From: Vicugna vicugna
Taxonomy: Eukaryota
DNA: 64,000 nt
Reading direction: 5' to 3'
NCBI GenBank assembly: GCA_013265495.1
Contig: MU057744.1
Span: 3,175,370-3,239,369, forward strand
In this document: positions 12,590 through 24,090 of the stretch, piece after piece
Numbering within the stretch: position 1 is the first letter of the stretch
How the letters are laid out: each line of letters begins with the position of its first letter
Position numbers and translations under genes: made by a program
Notes under the pieces: generated by a model
Told to the model about the DNA's origin: nothing
The model's input: the letters and a program-made list of their open reading frames with translations, nothing else
Databases searched by the model: none

Positions 12590-13928
12590 CTTTTTTAAAA
12601 ATTAATCTATTTTTAAATTGAAGTGTAGTCAGTTATGGCGTGTCAGTTTCTGGTGTACAGCACAATGTCCCAGCCATGCATACACATACATATATTCCTT
12701 TTCATAATTCTTTTCCATTAAAGGTTATTACAAGATATTGAATATAGTTCCCTGTGTTGTACAGAAGAAATTGGGAGTTTTTAACCTATTTTTATATATA
12801 GTGGTTAACATTTGCAAATCTCAAACTCCCAAATTTATCCCTTCCCACCCCCTTCCCCCTGGTACCCATAAAATTGTTTACTGTGTCTTCAAATCTGCTT
12901 CTGTTTTATAGATGAGTTCAGTAGTGTCCTCTTTTTTTTTAAAATTTTTTTTAGATTCCACATATGAGTCATATCATATGGTATTTTTCTTTCTCTTTCT
13001 GGCTTACTTCACTTAGAATGACAATCTTTAGGTCCATCCATGTTGCTTCTAACGGCATTATTTTATTCTTTTTTATCACTGAGTAGTATTCCATTGAATA
13101 AATATACCACAACTTCTTTATCCAGTCATCTATCAATGGACATGTAGGTTGTTTCCATGTCTTGGCTATTGTAAATAGTGCTTCTGTGAATATTGGGGTG
13201 CATGTATCTTTTTGAATTAAGGTCCCCTCTGGATATATGCCCAGGAGTGGGATTGCTGGATCATATGGTAACTCTAATTTTAGTCTTTTGAGGAATCTCC
13301 ATACTGTTTTCCACAGTGGCTGCACCAAACTGCATTCCCACCAGCAGTGGAGGAAGGTTCTCTTTTCTCCACAGCCTCTCCAGCATTTATCATTTGTGGA
13401 CTTTTGAATGAAGGCCATTCTTACTGGTGTGAGGTGGTGCCTTATTGTAGTTTTGATTTGCATTTCTCTGATAATTAGTGATATTGAGCATTTTTTCATG
13501 TGCTTATTGGCCATTCATATGTCTTCATTGGAGAAATGCTTGTTTAGGTCTTCTGCCCAATTTTGGATTGGATTGTTTTTTTCTTATTAAGTTGTATGAG
13601 CTGTTTATATATTCTGGAAATTAAGCCCTTGTCAGTCTCATCTTTTGCAGATATTTTCTCCCATTCCATAGGTTGTCTTTTTGTTTTTCTTATGGTTTCC
13701 TTTGCTCTGCAAAAACTTATAATTTTAATTAGGCCCCATTTGTGTATTTTTTCTCTTATTTCTTTGCCTGGGTAGACTGCCTTAGGAGAACATTGCTAAG
13801 ATTTATGTCAGAGAATGTGTTGCCTGTGTTTTCTTCTAGGAGGTTTACAGTGTCTTGTCTTATTTTTAAGTCTTTAAGCCGTTTTGAGTTTTTTCTGTGT
13901 GTGGTGTGAGGGGGTGTTCTAACTTCAA
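12590..13928 (-). mobile_element. 5'-truncated young L1 (ORF2 C-terminus plus 3' UTR)
   Basis: ORF 12969-13514(-) is the L1 ORF2 tail with the Cys-rich motif [21 protein letters not shown] tgtttatattc at 12579-12589 and 13929-13939. Confidence 0.95.
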
Positions 13929-14117
13929 TGTTTATATTCTTGGTCTGCATTCGTGCACATCTCTGTTTCCTCCATACTCTCTCACGTGGCTCTGCAAGAA
14001 AAGTATTAAGATTGCTGCCCTCAGTGCTCTACAGAACCACAGCCATGTGGTTCAAAATATACTCTCTGCACCTTTTTTTTGTTCACAAAGTCCCAGTAGT
14101 TCTTTGACCTTTTGGAA

Positions 14118-14397
14118 TGCTATGCATTGAACTGTGTACCCTCGAATTCATGTGTTGAAGCCCTAACCACCAATGTAATTTTATCTGGAGGCAGGCTTTT
14201 TAAGAGGTAAGGGTTAAATGATATCATAAAGATAGGTCCTGATAACATAAGATTGGCAGCTTCCATCCTCACAGCAGGAACCAGAGCCACTGGAACCTTT
14301 ACCTTGGACTTCCAGCCTCCAGAACTATGAGAAATAAGGGTGTATGATTGAGCTACTGGGTCTGTAGATCACAGCAGCCTGGGCACACTCACAGACA
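14118..14397 (+). mobile_element. MLT1 (ERVL-MaLR) solo LTR, internally deleted
   Basis: 'aattcatgtgttgaagccctaacc' and 'ttggacttccagcctccagaactatgagaaataa'; TG...CA ends. Confidence 0.85.
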
Positions 14398-15409
14398 AAC
14401 TCACTGCTTGACTCGTGATTTCATTTGTCCTGGATTGACACTAATGAGAAGAAACCTTACAAGTTGGAGAAGATTTTCCCCTCATAATTATTTCCATAGA
14501 GGTGAGAGGTGGGGGGAGTCAAGGTTTTGGGGGTAAGTTGAGGTGGTGAGAAAGCCTGAGGCAAGTTTACCTTCACCCTTTTTCATGAGAGTGAAAACAG
14601 GGACTTGAGTCACACCAGACACGGAACATGCCAGAATACTTCTTTCCTCTTTAAATCGGGTCTGTTTCGTGCTTTGGTGATATCAGTGTAGGAGACAGAC
14701 TTACCGAATTTCCTTTGATTTCATACCTGGTGAAGTTCATTTTTCCAGTATGAACACATGATGGCTTAGCCTCTACCCATATATGGATGCCAGAAAGCCA
14801 TGTCTCACAAAGATGATTCTCAGTTTCTTTTCACATAGAAATACTATCTGTGTTAGATTCTGGGGACTGAGATGGCACGGACTGTGTGCTATATGTGGGG
14901 TGTGCAGGTCTCAGACCTTCAGGTATCACAAAGTTGCAGACATTTAAGAGCAAAAGTCAACCCTCAGAAATGTAAAGTGTAATTCGAGGGGAGTCACATC
15001 TGAAAACTTGCTGAAGACGGGTGGTCCAGCGCCCACCCGAGCAGCAGGAATTCAGACGAGGAGAGCGTCAGTTAGGGGTGGAGCTTGAACTCGGACATGT
15101 TTTCTCTTGGGGCATCACTACTGTTTAAAACTCCACTGAGCAAAAACTGGTTGGTTCTTCTGTTTGTGTTCATAAGGTGGTAACAGTTGCTCTTGAAGGA
15201 ATGAGTGCCAAGATGAAAGAGTGAAGCAAGAAATAGACATTAATCTAAGAACTGTCTCAAAGACTGGGGATTTGCTACAGAAGCTTGTAGAGTATAGAAA
15301 ACTCTGATGATACTGATTGGATCCAATATGATCTGACAAATCCTTAGACCTAGAATTTATTGAGCCAGAGAAATTTCTGAGGGTTTTGTGTTTATTAATT
15401 TATATTTTC

Positions 15410-15590
15410 CTCACACCAGTCCTCTTTGGAGGTGGCAGTGTGATCACTGTGCCCATTTTTCAGATGAGGTGGCCAAGGCAGAAGGGTGTTGTCTGGGCAC
15501 GCCTGCCGGTGGAGCTGAACCCAGCAGCCTGAGTCCACGCTCTGGTCTGTACTGCCCCCCAGTTCTAGCCTCCATGTAGTCCACACTACT
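15410..15590 (-). mobile_element. MIR SINE
   Basis: MIR core 'cccatttttcagatgaggtggccaaggcagaagg'. Confidence 0.65.
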
Positions 15591-16615
15591 GCACCTGAGC
15601 TTCTCTCCCTCTCACACTTGGCTTATCCATAAAGAACTACGTCAATATGGAACCGAAAACTTATGGTTGCAGTGAAGGCACCTTTACATTGTCTAAGATA
15701 TGAAGTCCCATGACGCAGGCGAGACCTTCTGCCTCATCCTCCACCGGGGCGCTGGGAGCTGTCCCGGGTCAGAAAGAAGAAGGTTATGCATCATCTGCCC
15801 CAGGTCGGGGACCTCAGCCAGATGGGGTGGGGTGTCTGTTCTCACACGCGGTGGCCTTGTGTGCACACACCATCTGAGCTCTGAATCTCTGAAAGGAGGT
15901 TAGACGTCCCTAGAGATAAGAAAAGGTCCCTGGCATTATTGGGTGAAGTGCTTATATAATGTAAATTTGCTCTTGGGGGATGGTAAATTAATTTTTTTGT
16001 CTCGCTAGTGTTAGAGCAGTAGAGTTTTCCCTCTCTGTTTTAAAAATGTTTATTTTATTTCATTTTTACCTTGAGACTCTAGGCTTAGGAATCAAAGGAA
16101 TTAAAACATTCCATTCTCTTGCACATTAATGAACATGTGACGATGGAATTGAAGAAAAAATTGAGTCCTCATTTGTCTTTTAAAATCATTTGTCACTTAA
16201 AATCCTAAAATTATCACACTAATATTGATCTGTGTCTTCAATGTAAAAAATAAAGGTATCTTTAATTTTATTAATAATCTACAACAAATTTTAATAAAAC
16301 TACTTTTATTTTCATCATTTTGATTTACCTTTTAGAGATGTATTTTTTTTTTCATTGGCATCTATGGTGCAGGTAAAAACAAACACAAAACCGTAGAAAT
16401 TATGACAGGTGAAATTGAAGTTGAATATTCAAGAATATTTTATTTTATTTTTAGAAGTGTTTTCTGTATAATTTTTAGCATCTTACTATACATAGCACTA
16501 ATATAATAAAATAGTATTTTTGTAGGTTATTTTTATTTAAGAAAATTTAGTTTACTGCTTTGACATGTTGGCACATTTATATTACTCATAATTGATGTTT
16601 TCTTACTTTGACAAG

Positions 16616-16690
16616 AAGTGTGGCGATCTCGAGGGGCCAGTGACTACAACCCTCGCCCTGCGCTCTGTGTGGCAACTGCAGCTCTTACAG
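16616..16690 (+). CDS. Candidate 75-nt internal exon (72 nt via NAGNAG), coding status unproven (phase 1: EVWRSRGASDYNPRPALCVATAALT; phase 0: KCGDLEGPVTTTLALRSVWQLQLLQ)
   Basis: Acceptor gttttcttactttgacaag|(aag|), donor CAG|GTGAAG. GC/CpG-rich island in very AT-rich unique flanks. Length divisible by 3. Confidence 0.5.
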
Positions 16691-17224
16691 GTGAAGCCGT
16701 AGCGGTGGAAGTTCTTGCTATGAGCTTTGGTGATGAAGAGTCAGCTTCTGCTGTAAGAACTTTTAAACTACTTTTGTAATTAGAAAAACTAACTTTTACC
16801 CCCAGGGTAGGCATATTTAGATGAAATGAAAGGAAAGGAAACTTACTTTAAAGTTATTTTCGAGAACCAAAGAAAGAGTTTTCGTTTTCTTTGAGCTATT
16901 TCAGATTCACGTCTCTGTAACTGGACTTTGAGCTAGACTTACAGTCACTTCACTTCACCTGTTTAGAAAACGTGCCGGAGAACATGTGCAATCCCAGCGC
17001 CCTGATTCCTCACAATCAGTTGCTCTGCTTGCTTTTCCTTGTTTTAATGCATGGGTTGTGTCCACAGGCGTGGTAACACAGTAAGCGTCGCCTCTGAGTT
17101 CACACCTTCTCCGCCCTTTCCATCTGTGCGCCAACAAGTTATCTCCTAGGAGTATTACTTACAGCACAGAGAATGTGTAAACCATCTTTATCAAGTAAAG
17201 TAGTAGGAAGCACATATTTGGATT

Positions 17225-17410
17225 TGAAGCCAGAAGACGTGATTTCTGGCCCTGTCTTTGTGATTTCCTAGATGTCTGGCTGTGGGTAAGGCGCCTGACC
17301 TCGCTAAACTCCAGGTCCGCGTCGTTAGAAGAGAGATAATGATACCTCCCTGTGGCCTGGATGAAGATCTTTGATCAGAAATACAAGTGCCATCTTTGTA
17401 AACCATAAAG
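17225..17410 (+). mobile_element. MIR SINE (degenerate)
   Basis: 'gaagccagaagac...gggtaaggcgcctgacctc...gataatgatacct'. Confidence 0.5.
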
Positions 17411-17489
17411 TACTGTATAGAAAGGCAAGCTCTTGTATGTTCTCTTTGTAAAGGTTGAAAGCTGTTAGGAGAGTGGATTTTAAATTTTG

Positions 17490-17655
17490 TCACCACAGAA
17501 AGAAAGGTAATGGTGTGTGGGGATGTAGGTGGTAACTAACCTGTGTGATCATGCTGCAGTATATACATGTACCAAATCGTCACGTTGTACACCTTAAACT
17601 TACATACTTATGTGCCAGTTATACCTCAGTATATCTGGAAACCTTTTTTAAATAA
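17490..17655 (+). mobile_element. Old L1 (L1MA/MB-type) 3' end
   Basis: 'cacgttgtacaccttaaacttac...gttatacctca'. Confidence 0.75.
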
Positions 17656-17664
17656 AAAGGTAGC

Positions 17665-17845
17665 CCCTAGCACATGGGGCTATTCAGTGCTTGGAATGTG
17701 CTGCAGGTGTGGAGTTAATCGTGTTAGGAGGACTTGCTAAGAGAAAAATACAAAGTATCATATTAGTGATTTTTATTTGATTACATGTTAAAATTATAAT
17801 ATTTTGGATATATAGGGTTATGTAGAATATATTATTTAAAGTTTT
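17665..17845. mobile_element. MER33/MER3-type hAT-Charlie element
   Basis: 'ttgattacatgttaaaattataatattttggatatatagggtta' matches the recalled consensus. Confidence 0.7.
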
Positions 17846-17914
17846 AAAATGCAAGCTCTTGTTAGGCAGTGGAGTGGGTGTGTCCACTTGTGTCCTCCTC
17901 CTACGGTTTGCCCC

Positions 17915-18115
17915 TCACTGTCATTCCTACCAGCCTGGTGACTTAGGGTAAGAGCCTTACCCTCTCTGAGTTTTAGTTTCTTCTTCTTTAAAATGAGAAC
18001 TATGAAAAGATTCCCTTCCTGGGGCAAAGTGAAGTTTAAACAAGGAAATACGTGTAAAGCACTTACAGAAGAGTGCGACAGGTACTGAGTGTAAATAAAT
18101 AACAATTATTATTAT
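17915..18115 (+). mobile_element. MIR SINE
   Basis: 'gtgacttagggtaag...ctctctgagttttagtttcttc...taaaatgag...tgtaaagcactta'. Confidence 0.75.
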
Positions 18116-20049
18116 CTTTTTTTTAAAATACACAGACTTGGCAGCATACTGACACATTTTTGTACTTGGCATGTGCAGTACATGCTCCGAGTATTCTGTG
18201 TATTTAGAAGAAAATGATCTTTCGTTTTATTTTTTTTTTACTATTTCTTTCTCTGTACTAAGTAATACTTCTGTGCTGCGGAAGTTCAGGATATACAGGA
18301 AAGTGTCAAGAAGAAAACAGAACCTCCAGCAGTGCAGCTCTCCACATACGATCGCTGTTCAACATGTTTCAGAAGGAAAAAATACTTGAGAAAAAATGAC
18401 TCCAAGGAAAACCAAGGGGATGGATTAGGGTTGCAGAGAAACCAGCCCCTAAGGATGGAAACCAGTCGACAAGGGGAGGTGGGATTCAGGAAGCACAGGA
18501 GAGAAGGGAGCAAGACTTTAAAATAGGGACTGGTCATCACTCCAGAATGCCTTCGACTGGCTACCTAAAGCATGTGCCCTTGCGGTGGGCAGAGCCACGC
18601 TGTCTCACTGCTGCATCCGAGTGTCTGATTGCCACGATCAGGGACGCTCCAAAGCTGGTTTACAGAGTTGTCCACACAGATGGATGGAGCAGGTCAACAG
18701 GCACCCATGGAAACCACTTCCAGTCCTTTCCCAGGAGAAGTAATGTCGGAAAAGGAAAGTCACTTGGTTCCCTCAGTCATTCCTTCCTACTATGGTGGCA
18801 TGAACCACTGTCCTGGTGGATGGTGAGTTAAAACCTGCAGCATGAAAACTAGCAAAGGAACCAACGGAATCTGCCATCCCTGGATTCATGCAGATGGTGC
18901 TGGAGAACTACTCACTCATGGGGCAATTTAAAAAAGGATTTTAAGAAAGAAGTGATAATCCATGTTTGTCACTTCATTTTCTGAAAACTGGCAGTAAGAG
19001 GTAATATTATTTTGTAAAACTATGCACCATGACAACTATTATGAATGCTGCGATGTATGTCTGTACTTGACATTACCATGTAATTAAGAATAGATGATTT
19101 CAAATTGAGAAATCACTTTCCTGTTTCCTCCTTAAAGGTCATTATTCCTAAGGCATTAATCTGAAATATTACTATACTTTAATAGCATATATGAAAATAG
19201 CTTAAAGTTTAAAGTAGATTTATTCTTTACAAGCTGCAGTCATTTAACTTACGGTTGTAAACCCCTCAAAAGGTAGAATCACACCCACCTGATATGCCTG
19301 GCGTTCTGGGATTCTGCCCAGAACTTTACGGACAAAGAGTGAAGTGCATCCATCACATTTGGGGGGAATCTAAATCACACATTGCTATGAGGCCATTAAA
19401 TTGTTCAGTAGTACAGAAGATTTAAATCGCAATAAATACAGCATACTCCCAGTCAAGGATACACGCATTTGGCAAAAGATAATTCTGCCAAATAAAAAAG
19501 AGAAATTAACTAGAACCCATGGACTTGCTTAGGGAAGACCCACACTGCTTTCCCCGTTGCCCCTGTTGTGTGCGGCCCACACTGCAGAAACAGCAAGTTC
19601 AGTGGGCAGTTCCTGAGGGTGCACCATGTGTCTCCTGGGCTGCGGCTGGTGCGGGGCCCTTCCTCTCTGCACGGCCAGGGTCCTGGTGGTCTGTGCCTCT
19701 CTCGCCCCTCGGAGCCACTTGTAGGACAGTGGTGGGGGCTCGGTCAGTTCCTGGTGAGTGAATTAGCAGGTGTGTTCTCACAGACTTTTTTTAGCACAAT
19801 TTAAAAGTTTTAAATACTTATTTATTAAGACCTGCAAAGTAAAAATTTTTTTTAAAAAGTCATAGTCTTCCCACACAGCACAACCACAGCTAGCATATTG
19901 GTGTTTTCCTTTAAAGACTTTCCCTAAGGTTTTCTCACCATGATTTTAATACTGTTATATTTGTGATTTCTGAGTTCTCTTCTTTATTTAATGCATCACA
20001 AGTATGGTCAGACTTATTACATAGTTTTATAAAATTCATGGTTGCATGG

Positions 20050-20440
20050 TATCACGGGCTGGACATGTCCTCCGCAGATTCATATGCTGAAGCCCAAACC
20101 CCCGGTGGTATTGGGAGATGGGGTCTTCAGGAGGTATTAAGGTGGGATAAAATCATGGGAGTGAGGTTCTGGTACAGTAATATTGATGCTCTTGTAAGAG
20201 GAGACACCGGAAAGCTCCTTGTCTCTCTGGACAAGCACAAAGAAGAGGTCCTGTGAAGACACAGGGAGAAGGTGGCCATCTCCAAGCCTAGAGAAGACAG
20301 CCTTCATTGAGCCGGATTAGCTGGCACCTCGAACTTGGACTCCCCAGCCTCCAGATCCTAGAGCCACGTGGAACACGTTTCCGTTGTTTAGGCCATCCAG
20401 TCCATGGTATTTGTTACAGGAGCCTGAGCATACTGAAATG
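20050..20440 (+). mobile_element. MLT1A-type MaLR solo LTR
   Basis: 'attcatatgctgaagccc', 'gagaaggtggccatct', 'ttggactccccagcctccaga', 'catggtatttgttacag'. Confidence 0.85.
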
Positions 20441-20614
20441 AGGGGCTATCGTGTATAGTGGTCAGTTGTTTCTAATTATTCATAGCAATCAGTATCATTA
20501 TGATGTATATCTTCACATAAAGTGTTTTTCTATATTTCATATTACTTCTGTTAGATTCTCAGAAGTGGAATTACTTGATCAAAGATAAGACTAGCTAAGT
20601 GTTTATAAATTGAT

Positions 20615-22071
20615 CGTGGTCAACTAATCTTCGACAAAGGAGGCAAGAATATGCAATGGAATAAAGACAGTCTCTTCAGCAAATGGTGTTGGGAAAACTG
20701 GACAGCAGCATGTAAATCAGTGAAGCTAGAACACTCCCTTACACCATACACAAAAATCAACTCAAAATGGATCAAAGACTTAAACATAAGACAAGATACA
20801 ATAAACCTCCTAGAAGAAAACATAGACAAAACATTATCTGACCTACATCTCAAAAATGTTCTCCTAGAGCAGTCTATCTAAGCAATAGAAATAAAAGCAA
20901 GAATAAACAAATGGGACCTAATGAAACTTACAAGCTTCTGCACAGCAAAGCAAACCATAAGTAAAACAAAGAGACAACCTACGGAATAGGAGAAAATTTT
21001 TGCAAATGATGAAACTGACAAAGGCTTGATCTCCAGAATATATAAGCAGCTCATATGACTTAATAAGAAAAAAACAAACAACCCAATCCAAAAATGGGCA
21101 GAAGACCTAAACAAGCAATTCTCCAAGGAAGACATACAAATGATCAATAGGCACATGAAAAAATGCTCAATATCACTAATTATCAGAGAAATGCAAATCA
21201 AAAGTACAATGAGGTATCACCTCACACCAGTCAGAATGGCCATCATTCAAAAATCCACAAATGACAAATGCTGGAGAGGCTGTGGAGAAAAGGGAACCCT
21301 CCTGCACTGCTGGTGGGAATGCAGTTTGGTGCAGCCACTGTGGAAAACAGTATGGAGATTCCTCAAATGACTAGGAATAGACTTACCCAGGAATCCCGCT
21401 CCTGGGCATATATCCAGAAGGAACCCTACTTCAGAATGACACCTGCACCCCAATGTTCATAGCAGCACTGTTGACAGTAGCCAAGACATGGAAACAGCCT
21501 AAATGCCCATCAACAGATGACTGGGTAAAGAAGATGTGGTATATTTACACAATGGAATACTATTCAGCCATAAAAACTGACAACATAATGCCATTTGCAG
21601 CAACATGGATGCTCCTGGAGAATGTCATTCTGAGTGAAGTAAGCCAAAAAGAGAGAAAAATACCCTATGAGATCGCTCATATGTGGAATCTAAAAAAAAA
21701 GAAGAAGAGGAGGAGGAGGAGGACGGGGAAGAGGAAGAAGAAGAGGAAGAAGGAGAAGGAGAAGGGGAAGGAGAAGAACAGACTCATAGACATAGAATAC
21801 AAACTTGTGGTCCCCAAGAAGGAGAGGGTGGGAAGGGATAGACTGGGAGTTCAAAATTTGTAGATACTGACAGGCATATGCAGAATAGATAAAACAAGAT
21901 TATACTGTATAGCACAGGGAAATATATACAAGATCTTCTGGTAGCTCACAGTGAAAAAAAAATGTGACAGTGAATATATGTATGTTCATGTGCAACTGAA
22001 AAATTGTGCTCTACACTGGAATTTGACACAACATTGTAAAATGACTATAACTCAATAAAAAATGTTAAAAA
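20615..22071 (+). mobile_element. 5'-truncated young camelid-type L1 (frameshifted ORF2 tail, 3' UTR, AATAAA)
   Basis: ORF2 peptides ([44 protein letters not shown]). AATAAA at 22054. TSD aaattgat at 20607-20614 and 22072-22079. Confidence 0.95.
21692..21778 (+). repeat. Purine-rich GAA/GAG low-complexity tract inside the L1 3' UTR
   Basis: aaaaaaaaagaagaagaggaggaggaggaggacggggaagaggaag...gagaagaa; only one pyrimidine. Confidence 0.9.
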
Positions 22072-23559
22072 AAATTGATTTGTATTGATTTACGTAGCCA
22101 AACAGAATATTGAAAAAATAAGTCTTCAACCTAATAGCACTGAACAGAAAAACATGATCAAAACACTCTAAATATTAGTTAGAATATCAGAACTCTTTTA
22201 GAAACCAGCCTTAGGAAAATAGGGAAGAAATATAAATTCTTTTCTCTCTCCTTTCTTCTCCTCTTAGTTTTCTTCCCATTTAGCAGGATTGCATTTCCTT
22301 CACTCTGGAGGGAAGAAGAACCCTGGATCTGCAGGCCTTCAGTTTTTCAGTGTGTCCTTCTGCTTAGGGAAGTTGGAAGCTGACAACTGGATCTTTATGA
22401 AGGAGGTGCTAGGTAACATTGCTGGGCTCCTTCCCATCAGCTTCTGCCCTGTGCTGTCTGGGCGCCAGTGTTCCCCTCCGGAGCTCTGACCCCACTTCCC
22501 TTCATTGCTGGCCCTACCTCTGGAGGGATGGGGATTCCACTTCGACTTGGAAACCTTCAGCAATTTGGCAAGAGCTGTCGGATCAGCCCTCTCCCGGGTA
22601 CATCGTATCAGTCCATCCCCTGGCCCTTGTGTGTTGCAGCTCTGAGCCCCAGTAGTGCCCTGCCGCCCTCAGAATGCTCCCTGTCGTGGGCCGGTTCCTA
22701 TGGGAACAGAGCCCTTCGTTCATGATCCTTGAGTACTTGGGGGGAAGGGAAAGATCTGAGGGGCTTCTTTTCTTTGCTCTGACGTGTGCCTCCCCACCTT
22801 CCTCCTCCTCGAAGTTACTCCTCACGTAAGTTACCTGCTGACTCTTGGAATCATTTCTGTTTGCGGCCTCTGTCTTAAAGGGCAGGTTCCCTGACTGAAC
22901 ACATGCTGTAGGTGATCTGAACAGTTTGGGGGAAAGGAGAGCTGTCACCTCCCTCATCTCATTACATTTCACCAGCGGCTTAAGATCGGTGTCATACTTT
23001 TATCAGCCATTTGTACGCTTGGCTTTTGTGTACTCTGCGTTCGTCGTCTTAATGAAAGCTAAAGCTCCTAAGGCATTGTTTCCACTGCTTGACGTCTGGT
23101 GGAGTCATTTCTCTGCCATGTCTGACTTGTGCAGGTGGTTTTTTGAACCTGAGCACACGGCTTTGTATTTATTACTGCTGACCATCTCTTCTGAAAGTCA
23201 GTCCACCAAGGCAGAGTTGGAGAACTTCTTGTGTCCTGGTTCTGTCAGCCCTTCCCAGGGCTGTGCTGTCTGCAGGGAGCTCCCTGCCTCTGTCACGTCC
23301 CTCGGAGCTGGTGAGCAGGACCCCGGTGAGGAGGTGCCAGAGACAGGGCTCTGCAGGCCTTCTCCTTCCCCTGAGTTCAGCTCCCTTTTCTCTGAGTCTT
23401 CCTCCTGCACCAAGACACTGAAGTCGGGAGGCCTGACCACCCAGTGGCTGGCTGCTTCCCCTCCGCATTCTCATGGTTGGGAGGGGTCAGTCCTTCATCA
23501 AGTTAGGCCTGGAGTTTGGCCAGTAATTGCCTCGTTTGGCTAGCTGGCTCTTCCTCTGG

Positions 23560-24090
23560 CTTTTAATCCATCCTTCATAACAGTACCCAGCCATTTTCCT
23601 AAAATGCCACACTCATCGTGTCTGCTCTGCTTCTGATCTGTGACAGGCTGGTTAGGGGTGCACTCTTCTCCGTGGGTGTGTGACCTCGGTGACCCCATTC
23701 CTCTCAAGCCCGCCCCGCGTCCTCCCGCCTGACTTCTGTGGCTGTAAGCACGTCTGCTCACTCCCACTCCATTTCTTGTTCGTGCTGTTTCTTTTGCTTA
23801 GAATATTCTTTATTCTCCTAATCAGCTCTCCAAATCTATCTGTTCTTTAAGGGCCAGATTGAGTCTTTTTCCCTGTATGTAATGTCTTTACCCTGGTCCA
23901 CACTAACCAACCTGAAGCCGCCTCCTAATGTCTGTATAACGATTATTCTGTTACTGTTGTCTTAACAGTTGCAGTTGTGTTTCGTTCCTCTTTCTGGTCA
24001 GGAGAGTAAGTGCCATGCCGGTTGCTGCTTTGGTCCCAACCACTTTTCCTGAAATAGCATTAAACGCATAGTTGACACTCAGTAAAGACT
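23560..24090 (+). mobile_element. L2 fragment (degenerate)
   Basis: 'ttttcctaaaatgccacactcatcgtgtc', 'gctgtttcttttgcttagaatattcttt', 'catagttgacactcagtaaa'. Confidence 0.55.

Noticed and set aside
12969..13514. 181-aa ORF, and similar ORFs at 20651-21863 and 38068-38664
   Set aside because: L1 ORF2 C-terminal remnants from truncated retrotransposons, not host genes.
21453..21863. ORF with a poly-Lys/Arg tail resembling an NLS or protamine
   Set aside because: Frameshifted L1 ORF2 reading into the purine-rich repeat.
22926..23543. 205-aa ORF, plus other 170-200 aa ORFs at 9368, 33504, 34423, 45833, 52000, 57434 and 59768
   Set aside because: No recognisable domain, mostly non-ATG starts, and they lie in GC-rich or repeat-derived DNA where stop codons are scarce.
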